From positions 758 through 64,757 of the forward strand of contig CAYGGD010000001.1 in assembly GCA_964349315.1 (NCBI GenBank): a stretch of 64,000 nt of DNA, given 5' to 3'. Under the pieces are notes generated by a model. The model was not told where the DNA came from and ran no database searches. It was given only the letters and a program-made list of their open reading frames with translations. Source of the DNA: an uncultured Muribaculaceae bacterium. Lineage in GTDB: Bacteria; Bacteroidota; Bacteroidia; Bacteroidales; UBA932. The translations under genes and the position numbers were made by a program. Positions 1-9,107 of this stretch are shown in pieces; the first letter of the stretch is position 1, and each line of letters opens with the position of its first letter.

Positions 1-1
1 T

Positions 2-691
2 GATATTGCTGCAAAACGAATAGCCTGGGGAAAATGCATTAATGCCGGACAAACCTGTATCGCACCCGACTATCTTTTTGTTCATGAGTCGGTGAAAGCG
101 GCATTTGTCGAAAAAATTAAAGAAAGTATAGCCAAAATGTATGGCGAAGATATTAAAAGTAGCCCTTTTTATCCGAGAATTGTAAACGAAAATGCTTTTA
201 AGAGATTATCAGCCCTTTTGGATGAGGGAACAATTTGCTATGGAGGTGAAACAGATATCTCTGACCTGTATATTTCGCCATCAATTATTGAGAATCTTAC
301 TTTTGAATCATCTGCTATGCAGGAGGAAATTTTTGGACCTCTCCTTCCTCTGTTCTCTTTCAGCGAAATTTCAGAGGTGTTAAAATATATTAACTCCGGA
401 GAAAAACCTTTAGCACTCTATTATTTTGGCAAAAGTGAAATCGCAAAAGAGGTTCTGTTAAAAATATCCTCGGGAGGGGCATGTATAAACGACACCATAA
501 TGCACGTTTCTAATCACAATCTCCCTTTTGGAGGTATTGGGAACAGCGGAATGGGCAAGTATCACGGCAAACACAGTTTCGACTCTTTTTCCAATATGCG
601 TGCAGTAGTGTGCACTCCTACCAGAGTTGACTTTCCGTTTAAATATCCTCCCTACAAATACTACAGTTTTATTAAACGCTTTTTTAGCTAA
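2..691 (+). CDS. Aldehyde dehydrogenase (ALDH3/CalB-like), 5' end outside window
   Basis: Frame is open from position 2 (DIAAKRIAWGKCINAGQTCIAPDY, with the catalytic Cys), also EEIFGP and PFGGIGNSGMGKYHG. The ORF-track start at 92 is internal. Confidence 0.92.
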   Translation, partial: DIAAKRIAWGKCINAGQTCIAPDYLFVHESVKAAFVEKIKESIAKMYGEDIKSSPFYPRIVNENAFKRLSALLDEGTICYGGETDISDLYISPSIIENLTFESSAMQEEIFGPLLPLFSFSEISEVLKYINSGEKPLALYYFGKSEIAKEVLLKISSGGACINDTIMHVSNHNLPFGGIGNSGMGKYHGKHSFDSFSNMRAVVCTPTRVDFPFKYPPYKYYSFIKRFFS

Positions 692-702
692 AAGCAACTT
701 TT

Positions 703-733
703 TTTGGTATTTTAAAAAACATCCCTACCTTTG
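703..733 (+). promoter_or_regulatory. Bacteroidota housekeeping promoter for the TetR operon
   Basis: TTTG (703-706), 19-nt spacer, TACCTTTG (726-733); matches the TTTG-N19-21-TAnnTTTG consensus. Confidence 0.8.
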
Positions 734-749
734 ACTGACCGTTCAGTCA
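732..749. promoter_or_regulatory. Palindromic operator, likely TetR autoregulatory site
   Basis: TGACTGA-CCGT-TCAGTCA, a perfect 7-bp inverted repeat overlapping the -7 box and the predicted transcription start. Confidence 0.75.
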
Positions 750-772
750 TTTTTTTTGAACAATTTAATAGT

Positions 773-1318
773 ATGTTAATAGAGAATACAAAAAATAAAA
801 TCATGGATGCAGCTCTGGAGTTGTTTGCCAATAAAGGATTTCACACAACTACTGTTAGTGATATTGCAAAAAAGGCCGGAGTATCAAAAGGGTTGATGTA
901 TAACTATTTCAGAAGTAAAGAAGAGCTGCTGAAAGAGATAATAATGTCAGGGGTAAACAGCACAATGCAATTTCTGGACAAAAACAGAGATGGTGTACTA
1001 ACCAAAGAAGAACTGTTATACTTTATTAAACAGTCGCTAAAGACGATACAAACGAATCGTACATTATGGAAGCTTTACTACACAATTATATACCAACCTG
1101 CAGTAATGTCAATTGTAGAAAAAGAGCTTTACAAAACCTATGAGAGCTATGTGAAGATGGTTCTGAGCTATTTTGAGTCGCAGGGAGCCGAAGATCCGGT
1201 TAATGAGATGCGTTTTCTTAGTGCTATGCTGGATGGTGTTGCGCTGGGCTACCTTATGACAGAGATGGAGTATCCCCTAGATAAATTAGAAGAGAAAATT
1301 TTAAAACTATATTCCTGA
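773..1318 (+). CDS. TetR/AcrR-family regulator with an internal EF-hand-like loop
   Basis: HTH: IMDAALELFANKGFHTTTVSDIAKKAGVSKGLMYNYFRSKEEL. DKNRDGVLTKEE at 977-1012. ATG 773 preferred because TTG 731 lies inside the promoter box. Confidence 0.92.
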   Translation: MLIENTKNKIMDAALELFANKGFHTTTVSDIAKKAGVSKGLMYNYFRSKEELLKEIIMSGVNSTMQFLDKNRDGVLTKEELLYFIKQSLKTIQTNRTLWKLYYTIIYQPAVMSIVEKELYKTYESYVKMVLSYFESQGAEDPVNEMRFLSAMLDGVALGYLMTEMEYPLDKLEEKILKLYS

Positions 1319-1331
1319 AAAAATTAGTGTT

Positions 1332-2075
1332 ATGAAAAAATTGTTAACATTCGCTTTTCTCCTTTCCTACTCTGTGCTCGCTGCTCAGGACGCCACAGAA
1401 ATAATAAGAAAAGCAGACGATAAGTGGAGTGGCGAAATATCAAGTCAAAGCCAAATGACAATGACAATAATCCGGCCTTCGTGGGAACGGACTATTGAAT
1501 TCAAAAGCTGGAGCAAAGGAAGAGATATGGCAATGACATTAATCACTGCTCCTGCGCGGGAGAGAGGTCAGGCTTTTCTGAAGCGAAATAAAGAGATGTG
1601 GAACTGGATGCCCTCTATAGAGAGGATGGTTAAGTTACCCCCATCAATGATGGCAGACGGGTGGATGGGGTCTGACTACACAAACGACGATATTCTTAAC
1701 GAATCGTCGATGGTTACAGACTATACACACACCCTCATGAGATCAGAAAAAATTGATGGTGCAGACTGCTGGGTTATAGAACTCATACCCCATGAAGATG
1801 CTGCCGTTGTTTGGGGTAAAATAATCAAATGGATTGATAAAAAAGAGTATATACAATATCGTTCAGAATACTTCGACGAAGAGGACTTCCTGATTAAAAC
1901 CGAAATTGCCTCTGAGATAAAAACTATGGATGGAAGGGTTATCCCCACAATAATTGAGGTTATTCCGGCAGAGAAGAGAAACCAGAAAACCGTTATTACA
2001 CTCAAGGATATTAAGTTTAACATCCCAATAGAAGACTCTTTCTTTTCGCAACAGAACATGAGAAGAGTGCGATAA
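1332..2075 (+). CDS. LolA-like outer membrane lipoprotein-sorting family protein
   Basis: Signal peptide MKKLLTFAFLLSYSVLAAQ; family-typical GQAFLK..KEMWNWMP and WMGSDYTNDD segments; precedes ABC genes. Confidence 0.8.
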   Translation: MKKLLTFAFLLSYSVLAAQDATEIIRKADDKWSGEISSQSQMTMTIIRPSWERTIEFKSWSKGRDMAMTLITAPARERGQAFLKRNKEMWNWMPSIERMVKLPPSMMADGWMGSDYTNDDILNESSMVTDYTHTLMRSEKIDGADCWVIELIPHEDAAVVWGKIIKWIDKKEYIQYRSEYFDEEDFLIKTEIASEIKTMDGRVIPTIIEVIPAEKRNQKTVITLKDIKFNIPIEDSFFSQQNMRRVR

Positions 2076-2092
2076 CAGTAAATCTATACAAT

Positions 2093-3307
2093 ATGAACTA
2101 CATTAAACTTTCGTGGAGAAACCTCTGGAGAAATAAAAGAAGAACCCTGATTACGGTTGCAAGTATCTTTTTCGGGGTTGTTCTCTCTACTCTGATGAGT
2201 TCTATGATGAATGGAACCTACCAGAATATGATTGATATGATGGTTAAGCTCTCTACAGGGTACATTCAGGTTCAGGATCCCGAATTTAAGGAGACCCGGT
2301 CCGTAAACAATGTTTTTTACCCCGAATCAGCTATGATTCAGGGCATAAAAGATATCCCTCAGGTTACGGTAGTAACCGAACGGATTGAATCTTTTGCCCT
2401 TTTATCCTCCGGGGCAAATACAAGGGGCGGTGCAGTTATAGGATTCGAACCACAATACGACGGCGAAACCTCAAACTTGCGCAACTGGGTAAAAGAGGGC
2501 TCTTTTCTGCAACCCGGCGACAACGGAGTTCTGGTTACGGCCAATATTGCAAAAAGCTTAAATCTCGGGGTAAACGACACAATTATACTAATAAGCCAGG
2601 GGTATCGGGGGGTATCTGCCGCCGGACTCTATCAGGTTAAGGGTATTCTCGAGTTTAGTACCCCACAGCTCAATAATCTCGGAGTTTTCATGGATATCGC
2701 AGAGGCACGGTCTTTTTTTCACACAGATGAAATGATTACCTCTCTTATGATAATGGTCAGCGACTATACTCATGTAAACAGAGTACACCGATCAATAGAA
2801 CCGCTTACCGGAGATTTGCTTGTAAGAGACTGGACAGAACTTAATCCCGAACTGGTAAACTTTATCGAGGGAGACAGAGCTGGAGGGAATTTGATGATTG
2901 GTATTTTATATGTTGTTATTGCTTTCGGAATTTTCGGAACTATAATAATGCTTGTAGCCGAAAGAAAAAAGGAGATGGCTGTAATGACAGCGGTTGGTAT
3001 GAGAAAATACAAGCTTGCACTAATGTTTTTTATAGAGACATTGCTTATTGGAATTACAGGTGTGTTATCTGGTTTTGCTGCAAGTGTACCTATAATAGCA
3101 GCCCTGGTGAAAAACCCTGTTGCACTTCCCGACAATGTGGCCGATGCGTATCTCCAATATGGATTCGACCCATATATGTTTTTTAGTGCCTCTCCATCGG
3201 TATTTATTAATCAGGTTGTTATTGTTTTTATCATAACAATGATAATATCTGTTTACCCGATAATTAAAATAAAAAAATTGTCGGTTGCCGGCTCTTTAAA
3301 ATCGTAA
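2093..3307 (+). CDS. ABC transporter permease (LolC/E, MacB/FtsX family)
   Basis: LSWRNLWRNKRRTLIT N-terminus, one TM, large periplasmic domain, three C-terminal TMs; ERKKEMAVMTAVG motif. Confidence 0.9.
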   Translation: MNYIKLSWRNLWRNKRRTLITVASIFFGVVLSTLMSSMMNGTYQNMIDMMVKLSTGYIQVQDPEFKETRSVNNVFYPESAMIQGIKDIPQVTVVTERIESFALLSSGANTRGGAVIGFEPQYDGETSNLRNWVKEGSFLQPGDNGVLVTANIAKSLNLGVNDTIILISQGYRGVSAAGLYQVKGILEFSTPQLNNLGVFMDIAEARSFFHTDEMITSLMIMVSDYTHVNRVHRSIEPLTGDLLVRDWTELNPELVNFIEGDRAGGNLMIGILYVVIAFGIFGTIIMLVAERKKEMAVMTAVGMRKYKLALMFFIETLLIGITGVLSGFAASVPIIAALVKNPVALPDNVADAYLQYGFDPYMFFSASPSVFINQVVIVFIITMIISVYPIIKIKKLSVAGSLKS

Positions 3308-3324
3308 TTTAAAACCTCTACAAA

Positions 3325-4545
3325 ATGATTTATTCTGTATCGTGGCGCAATGTATGGAGAAATAAAACCCGAAGTATGGTTATTATAACCGCTGTTGGGT
3401 TGGGAATATTTGCCGGGGTATACACAATTGCCTTTATGTTTGGCATGGTAAACCAACGCATTGAGACAGTAATCTCCACTGAAATCTCTCATATTCAAAT
3501 TCATACGCCTAAATATTTAGAAACAACTGAAATAAACGACTTTATTAGTGGTACCGATAATGTTGTGAGTCATATTCAGAGCAACCCAAATGTGGCGGCA
3601 GTATCGTCAAGGATAATCAGCAACTGTATGATAGCTTCGGCCGAGAGTGGGTCAGGAGTACAACTTGTTGGTATAGATCCGGAGAGAGAGATGGAGGTGA
3701 CAAATATTCACTCAAAAATTACCGAGGGTTCTTATTTCGAAGGAGAGTCTGCCAATCAGATAGTGATCGGACAAAAACTGGCCGAAAAGCTAAATGTCGG
3801 AATAAGATCGAGGGTTGTTGTAACCCTTACAGAGTCTGATGGTACAATTACAGGAGGAGCATTCAGGGTTGCCGGCATATTCACCACATCCAATGTCGAT
3901 TTTGACGAAAGCCGGGCCTATGTAAAAACAGAAAGGCTTAAACAGATGCTTCAAACTGAGCCTGATATTGCACACCAAATTGCAGTTTTGCTAACTGAAA
4001 ACGATAAAGAGAAGGAGGTTGCCGATTATATAAAAGCAGGCTTTCCCGAATTAAGCGTAATGACCTGGGACGAAATTCTTCCCGATATGAAAATGATGAA
4101 CGAGTCGATGGCTTTTATGATGTATATAATTGTGGGAATAATTTTACTGGCACTTGGTTTCGGAATTGTAAACACAATGCTTATGGTAATACTCGAAAGG
4201 GTAAAAGAGTTTGGAATGCTTATGGCTGTGGGGATGAGCAAAACCAGAATTTTCTCAATGGTGGTTCTTGAATCAGTATTTCTTTCTTTAACCGGAGGGA
4301 CTGCCGGAATTGTACTGGCTTCGGTTTTAACAGCAATAACTGCTAAAAGTGGACTGAATATGGCCTTTTGGGCCGAAGGATTAAACTCAATGGGATTCGA
4401 TTCGGTAATTTACCCCGAAATTGGAGCAGACTCCTTAATAATTGTTACCCTTCTGGTAATTTTTACCGGAATTGCTGCTGCAATTTACCCGGCAAAAAAA
4501 GCTATTTCGCTTAACCCGGCAGAATCACTTAGGATAGATATGTAA
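3325..4545 (+). CDS. ABC transporter permease (LolC/E, MacB/FtsX family)
   Basis: SWRNVWRNKTRS; ERVKEFGMLMAVG; PAKKAISLNPAESLR C-terminus. Confidence 0.9.
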   Translation: MIYSVSWRNVWRNKTRSMVIITAVGLGIFAGVYTIAFMFGMVNQRIETVISTEISHIQIHTPKYLETTEINDFISGTDNVVSHIQSNPNVAAVSSRIISNCMIASAESGSGVQLVGIDPEREMEVTNIHSKITEGSYFEGESANQIVIGQKLAEKLNVGIRSRVVVTLTESDGTITGGAFRVAGIFTTSNVDFDESRAYVKTERLKQMLQTEPDIAHQIAVLLTENDKEKEVADYIKAGFPELSVMTWDEILPDMKMMNESMAFMMYIIVGIILLALGFGIVNTMLMVILERVKEFGMLMAVGMSKTRIFSMVVLESVFLSLTGGTAGIVLASVLTAITAKSGLNMAFWAEGLNSMGFDSVIYPEIGADSLIIVTLLVIFTGIAAAIYPAKKAISLNPAESLRIDM

Positions 4546-4564
4546 ACCTGTAAAAACAAAATAT

Positions 4565-5251
4565 ATGCAAGTATTGAAACTAAAAGATCTTGTAAAAATT
4601 TACAACGACTCAGAAATAAAGGTCAAAGCAGTTGATAATGTTAATATCAATTTCGACCAGGGAGAATTCTCTGCAATAGTCGGACCTTCGGGAAGTGGAA
4701 AAACCACCCTTCTTAACCTTATCGGAGGTTTAGACTCCATTACTCAGGGCGAAATTATAATAAACGGAACCAATATAGGTGCGCTGAAACCGAGCGAACT
4801 AATAAACTTCCGGCTACTCAATATTGGTTTTGTTTTTCAGGCCTATAATCTTATCCCTGTAATGACAGCCCTTGAGAATGTAGAGTTTATTATGCAACTA
4901 CAGGGAGTAAGTAAAGAACTACGGGAGAAAAGAGCAATGGAGCTGCTTGATGCGGTAGGCTTGGCAGACAGGGCCAACAGCAGACCCGCCAGACTCTCGG
5001 GAGGACAACAGCAAAGAGTAGCAGTTGCAAGGGCTTTGGCCTCTAAGCCTAAGTTTATCCTGGCCGACGAACCCACAGCAAACCTCGACTCCAAATCGGC
5101 AGAATCACTGCTGAATATTATGGAAAAACTCAACCAAGAGGAGAAGATTACATTTATTTTCTCAACCCACGATATGAGAGTTGTAAATAAGGCAAAAAGA
5201 GTAATTACTGTAGAGGACGGACATGTTGTATCTGACAATTGGAAAGCATAA
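4565..5251 (+). CDS. ABC transporter ATP-binding protein (LolD-like)
   Basis: Walker A GPSGSGKT, signature LSGGQQQRV, Walker B ILADEPT, H-loop STHD. Confidence 0.95.
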   Translation: MQVLKLKDLVKIYNDSEIKVKAVDNVNINFDQGEFSAIVGPSGSGKTTLLNLIGGLDSITQGEIIINGTNIGALKPSELINFRLLNIGFVFQAYNLIPVMTALENVEFIMQLQGVSKELREKRAMELLDAVGLADRANSRPARLSGGQQQRVAVARALASKPKFILADEPTANLDSKSAESLLNIMEKLNQEEKITFIFSTHDMRVVNKAKRVITVEDGHVVSDNWKA

Positions 5252-5252
5252 A

Positions 5253-6401
5253 ATGAAACTTATATTAATCATAGTCGCTGCAATTTTGGTTTTACCCGCA
5301 AAAGGGTCTGATCGTATTAAGACCGGAGGGTATGTTAAGTATATGAACTCAGTTATGTTCGGTGAGTATGACTCTCCATGGATGATAGACAACCTTATCC
5401 ATAACCGAATAAATTTCAACTGGTTTGCCGGCGACAATCTCACTTTTAACGCAGGGATGCGTAACAGATTAATATATGGAGATTTTGTCCGTTTTGTGCC
5501 GGAATACGATAAGCTGATATCTCAAGACAACGGCCTTCTCCATTTTTTATCGGCAAAAATCGGCTCTGCCGAATCTTCGGTTCTATTAACCACTTTTGAC
5601 AGGTTTAATTTTGAATATAATAAGGGCAGAACATCAATAACTGCAGGCAGACAAAGAATTAACTGGGGACAATCTTTTGCATGGAACCCAAACGACATAT
5701 TTAATGCCTACTCCTTTTTAGACTTCGACTACGAAGAGCGTTCGGGCAGTGATGCTGTAAGAGTTCGTTTTTTCCCCGATTTCACATCTGTTATAGATGT
5801 TGCAGTTAAAATGGATCGAGAGAATAATATTACAGCAGCAGGGCTATACCGCTTTAACAAATGGGGATATGATATTCAGTTTTTAGCCGGGGTAATTGGG
5901 AATCAAGACTATGTTGCAGGAACAGGACTATCGGGAAGCATCGGCAAAATGGGTGTAACAGGAGAGGCAAGCTACTTTCACCCCAAAAAAAACTACAGGG
6001 ATACAACGGGGATTTTCATGATTAATGCAGGACTAAACTATATGTTTAGCAATTCACTGATGATAAACTTCGAAGCGATTTACAACGGATATTTCCGTCA
6101 CATATCAATGGATAGCTATACTGATATCTACTATTCATCGATGTCGGTAAAAACAATAGCATTCAGCAAGTTCTCATGGTTCGGACAACTTTCATATCCA
6201 TTACACCCTCTGCTTAACGCCTCTCTTGCAACAATGTACCTACCTTCGCTGGGAAACGGTTTCATTGTAATGCCCTCAATTGCATACTCTGCAAGTAATG
6301 ATCTGGAAATATCCCTCCGTGGACAACAATTCAGCGGAGAGTTTGGGGAAATTAGCGAAAAGCTTAATATGCTCTTTTTAAGATTCCGTTACAGCTTTTA
6401 G
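5253..6401 (+). CDS. Predicted outer-membrane beta-barrel protein of unknown function
   Basis: Signal peptide from ATG 5253 (MKLILIIVAAILVLPAKG), amphipathic strands, C-terminal BAM-type LRFRYSF; 1 nt after the ATPase stop. Confidence 0.75.
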   Translation: MKLILIIVAAILVLPAKGSDRIKTGGYVKYMNSVMFGEYDSPWMIDNLIHNRINFNWFAGDNLTFNAGMRNRLIYGDFVRFVPEYDKLISQDNGLLHFLSAKIGSAESSVLLTTFDRFNFEYNKGRTSITAGRQRINWGQSFAWNPNDIFNAYSFLDFDYEERSGSDAVRVRFFPDFTSVIDVAVKMDRENNITAAGLYRFNKWGYDIQFLAGVIGNQDYVAGTGLSGSIGKMGVTGEASYFHPKKNYRDTTGIFMINAGLNYMFSNSLMINFEAIYNGYFRHISMDSYTDIYYSSMSVKTIAFSKFSWFGQLSYPLHPLLNASLATMYLPSLGNGFIVMPSIAYSASNDLEISLRGQQFSGEFGEISEKLNMLFLRFRYSF

Positions 6402-6934
6402 TTTTGCACGGCACTCTCAAGCGATTCAATCAACTCTTTTACCCGAACATCAAGCTGCTCAAAAAATCGTGTTCTGTTATTATTACGACCCTGATTCCAG
6501 TTCTCAATATCGTAGTTTAAAGTAGTTCTGTATGCGTTCTCGCTGTTTGTTAGTGAATATTTAAGTCTGAAACCTGTAATTTCATAGGAAATTCTTGCCC
6601 TGTGCGCAACAATTCTTATCTTTTGCCAAACTTCTACCCTTTCCGTTGTAAAAGCAGTACTAATCCATGAATCTACAAAAAACCCGTCGCCAATAAGTTC
6701 AAAATTGTCAAAATCATCTAATTGCAGTATGTTTTTATCCGACTGATAAGTCATAATAATCCATCTTCTTGCATTTTGATATAAATCTTTCATAGCAACA
6801 CCGGGTGCTTCAATTACTCCGGAATAGGTTACTTTTTCTGCCTTTAACGGCAATATTCCGTCTAAATAATTCTGAGCATTAATTGAAGCTGAAACACTAA
6901 AAATGGTAATCAATAATAAAACAGCTTTTCTCAT
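6398..6934 (-). CDS. Secreted hypothetical protein, DUF4468-like
   Basis: Signal peptide ending INA-Q; VTYSGVIEAPG..KDLYQNARRW pattern resembles DUF4468 proteins. Confidence 0.6.
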   Translation of the reverse strand: MRKAVLLLITIFSVSASINAQNYLDGILPLKAEKVTYSGVIEAPGVAMKDLYQNARRWIIMTYQSDKNILQLDDFDNFELIGDGFFVDSWISTAFTTERVEVWQKIRIVAHRARISYEITGFRLKYSLTNSENAYRTTLNYDIENWNQGRNNNRTRFFEQLDVRVKELIESLESAVQN

Positions 6935-6950
6935 TTTAATGTAATAAGTT

Positions 6951-6958
6951 TATATTTG
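6951..6958 (+). promoter_or_regulatory. -7 promoter box upstream of thyA
   Basis: TATATTTG, 40 nt upstream of the thyA ATG. Confidence 0.55.
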
Positions 6959-6998
6959 TAATTGTATCAATACCCTAAAGTTAGCAATAACATTAATT

Positions 6999-7793
6999 AT
7001 GAAAGAATATATTTCTCTTCTCAACCATATTATAAATAACGGAGCATACAAAAGCGACCGGACAGGAACCGGTACAAAAAGTGTGTTCGGGTACCAAATG
7101 CGCTTTGATCTTTCAAAAGGATTCCCGCTGCTAACTACAAAGAAAGTACACCTCCGGTCTATTATATACGAACTTCTCTGGTTTATCAAGGGTGATACAA
7201 ACATTAAATACCTTAACGATAACGGAGTTACCATCTGGGACGAATGGGCTGATGAGAGTGGTAATCTAGGTCCGGTTTACGGCTCACAATGGCGAAGCTG
7301 GGGCTGTCCCGATGGGATAGTAATTGATCAGCTTTCTTTGTTGATTGAGGGGATAAAAAAAAATCCTGATTCTCGACGTCATATTATAAGTGCTTGGAAT
7401 CCGTGTGAGTTAAATAAAATGGCACTCCCTCCATGCCATACTATGTTCCAATTTTATGTGGCGGACGGTAAACTTAGCTGCCAGCTTTATCAACGAAGCG
7501 CCGATGTATTTCTCGGGGTCCCTTTTAATATTGCTTCGTATGCTCTACTTACAATGATGATCGCCCAGGTTTGTAATTTAAAACCCGGAGAATTTGTTCA
7601 TACATTGGGTGACGCGCATATTTACCAAAACCACTTCGATCAGGTTGCAATTCAGCTTTCAAGGGAACTTCGTCCACTTCCCGTTATGAGAATTGACCCT
7701 GCAGTAAAATCTATTTTCGATTTTAAATTCGAGCATTTCTCGCTTGAGGGATACGACCCTCATCCGGGAATAAAAGCACCAATAGCAGTATAG
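6999..7793 (+). CDS. thyA: Thymidylate synthase
   Basis: DRTGTGT, catalytic [25 protein letters not shown]; 264 aa. Confidence 0.98.
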   Translation: MKEYISLLNHIINNGAYKSDRTGTGTKSVFGYQMRFDLSKGFPLLTTKKVHLRSIIYELLWFIKGDTNIKYLNDNGVTIWDEWADESGNLGPVYGSQWRSWGCPDGIVIDQLSLLIEGIKKNPDSRRHIISAWNPCELNKMALPPCHTMFQFYVADGKLSCQLYQRSADVFLGVPFNIASYALLTMMIAQVCNLKPGEFVHTLGDAHIYQNHFDQVAIQLSRELRPLPVMRIDPAVKSIFDFKFEHFSLEGYDPHPGIKAPIAV

Positions 7794-7795
7794 AA

Positions 7796-8305
7796 ATGGA
7801 AAGAGAACCTCTGTTATCAATTATAGTTGCAGTATCAGAAAACAATGCAATAGGACGCGACAACAAACTGCTGTGGCATCTGCCCGACGATCTTAAATAC
7901 TTTAAAAAAACAACATCTGGGAGCACTGTTATCATGGGGCGTAAAACCTGGGAATCTATTGGCCGTCCACTGCCCCAACGACGCAACATTGTAGTTAGCA
8001 GTAAAGCCATTATACCGGGAGTTGAGGTTTACGGTTCGTTATACGAAGCCATTGATGCTGCAAAAGCGAGCTCCTCACCTGACCCCGAAAACCCTGGTGA
8101 AATATTTATTATCGGAGGGGCAGAAATCTATAAACAATCCCTCCCATTTGCCGATAAAATATATCTTACGGTTGTTAACCAAACAATAACCGATGCAGAC
8201 ACTTTTTTCCCGGAAATAGACCATTCACAATGGATTCAAATACATTGTGAGCAAGTAGAATACGGCAAACGACTCGTTCTTGTAAAAAAACAGCCCCTTT
8301 TATAG
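7796..8305 (+). CDS. folA: Dihydrofolate reductase
   Basis: NNAIG..NKLLWHLPDDL, VIMGRKTWESI, LPQRRNIV, FIIGGAEIY, ADTFFP; directly follows thyA. Confidence 0.96.
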   Translation: MEREPLLSIIVAVSENNAIGRDNKLLWHLPDDLKYFKKTTSGSTVIMGRKTWESIGRPLPQRRNIVVSSKAIIPGVEVYGSLYEAIDAAKASSSPDPENPGEIFIIGGAEIYKQSLPFADKIYLTVVNQTITDADTFFPEIDHSQWIQIHCEQVEYGKRLVLVKKQPLL

Positions 8306-8390
8306 AAAGATCTTATATCTGCATAAACAGAGTTGATAGAACAATTCTGTCGATTGTTGTGTTACATTCATATAAGTAAATTATAATGTC

Positions 8391-9098
8391 ATGAGACGAT
8401 TTTTAATCACAGCATTGGTAATTGCATTACCTGTAATGGTTATTGCATTTACAAACAATAATAAAACACAAATGAATATGAAAACACTAAATAAGTTTGA
8501 ATTCCCTCAACTTCCCTATGCTTACGACGCACTTGAGCCATACATCGACAAGATGACTATGGAAATCCACTACAGCAGACACCACAAAGCATATTTCGAC
8601 AATTTTGTTGCTGCCATTAAGGGTACAGCAATGGAAGATATGACAATTGAACAAATTTTTGCCAATATCAGCAAATTTCCTGCTGCTGTAAGAAATAACG
8701 GAGGTGGTTTTTACAATCATGTTATTTACTGGGAAAATATGAAACTGAAGGGAGGCGAGCCGTCATCAAAGCTACTGGAAGCTATTAACAAGACTTTCGG
8801 CTCTATAGACGAACTTAAAAAGCAGTTTTCCGATGCCGGCAAAACCCGTTTCGGCAGTGGTTGGGCCTGGCTTAGCGTTAATGAAAAAGGTGAGCTGTTT
8901 GTCTCTTCCACTCCAAATCAAGACAATCCGCTAATGGATGTTGCCGACAAACAAGGAACTCCAATTTTGGGAATGGATGTATGGGAGCATGCATATTATC
9001 TGAAATATCAAAACAAACGCCCAGACTATGTAGAGGCATTCTGGAGTATTATTAACTGGGAGGTTGTATCGCAGAGATACCAGGAGCTAGTTAAATAG
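8391..9098 (+). CDS. sodA: Mn-type (Mn/Fe family) superoxide dismutase with N-terminal signal-like leader
   Basis: LPYAYDALEP, HYSRHH, NNGGGFYNH, RFGSGWAWL, TPNQDNP, DVWEHAYY. The GGG and Q residues are Mn-type discriminators. Confidence 0.93.
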   Translation: MRRFLITALVIALPVMVIAFTNNNKTQMNMKTLNKFEFPQLPYAYDALEPYIDKMTMEIHYSRHHKAYFDNFVAAIKGTAMEDMTIEQIFANISKFPAAVRNNGGGFYNHVIYWENMKLKGGEPSSKLLEAINKTFGSIDELKKQFSDAGKTRFGSGWAWLSVNEKGELFVSSTPNQDNPLMDVADKQGTPILGMDVWEHAYYLKYQNKRPDYVEAFWSIINWEVVSQRYQELVK

Positions 9099-9107
9099 GA
9101 TTATTAT

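Noticed and set aside
731-772. N-terminal extension of TetR from TTG 731
   Set aside because: The TTG is inside the -7 box and the extension spans the operator; ATG 773 gives a normal TetR N-terminus.
8336-8350. OxyR box upstream of sodA
   Set aside because: Only one degenerate ATAG-N7-CTGT half matches; the full four-part motif is absent.
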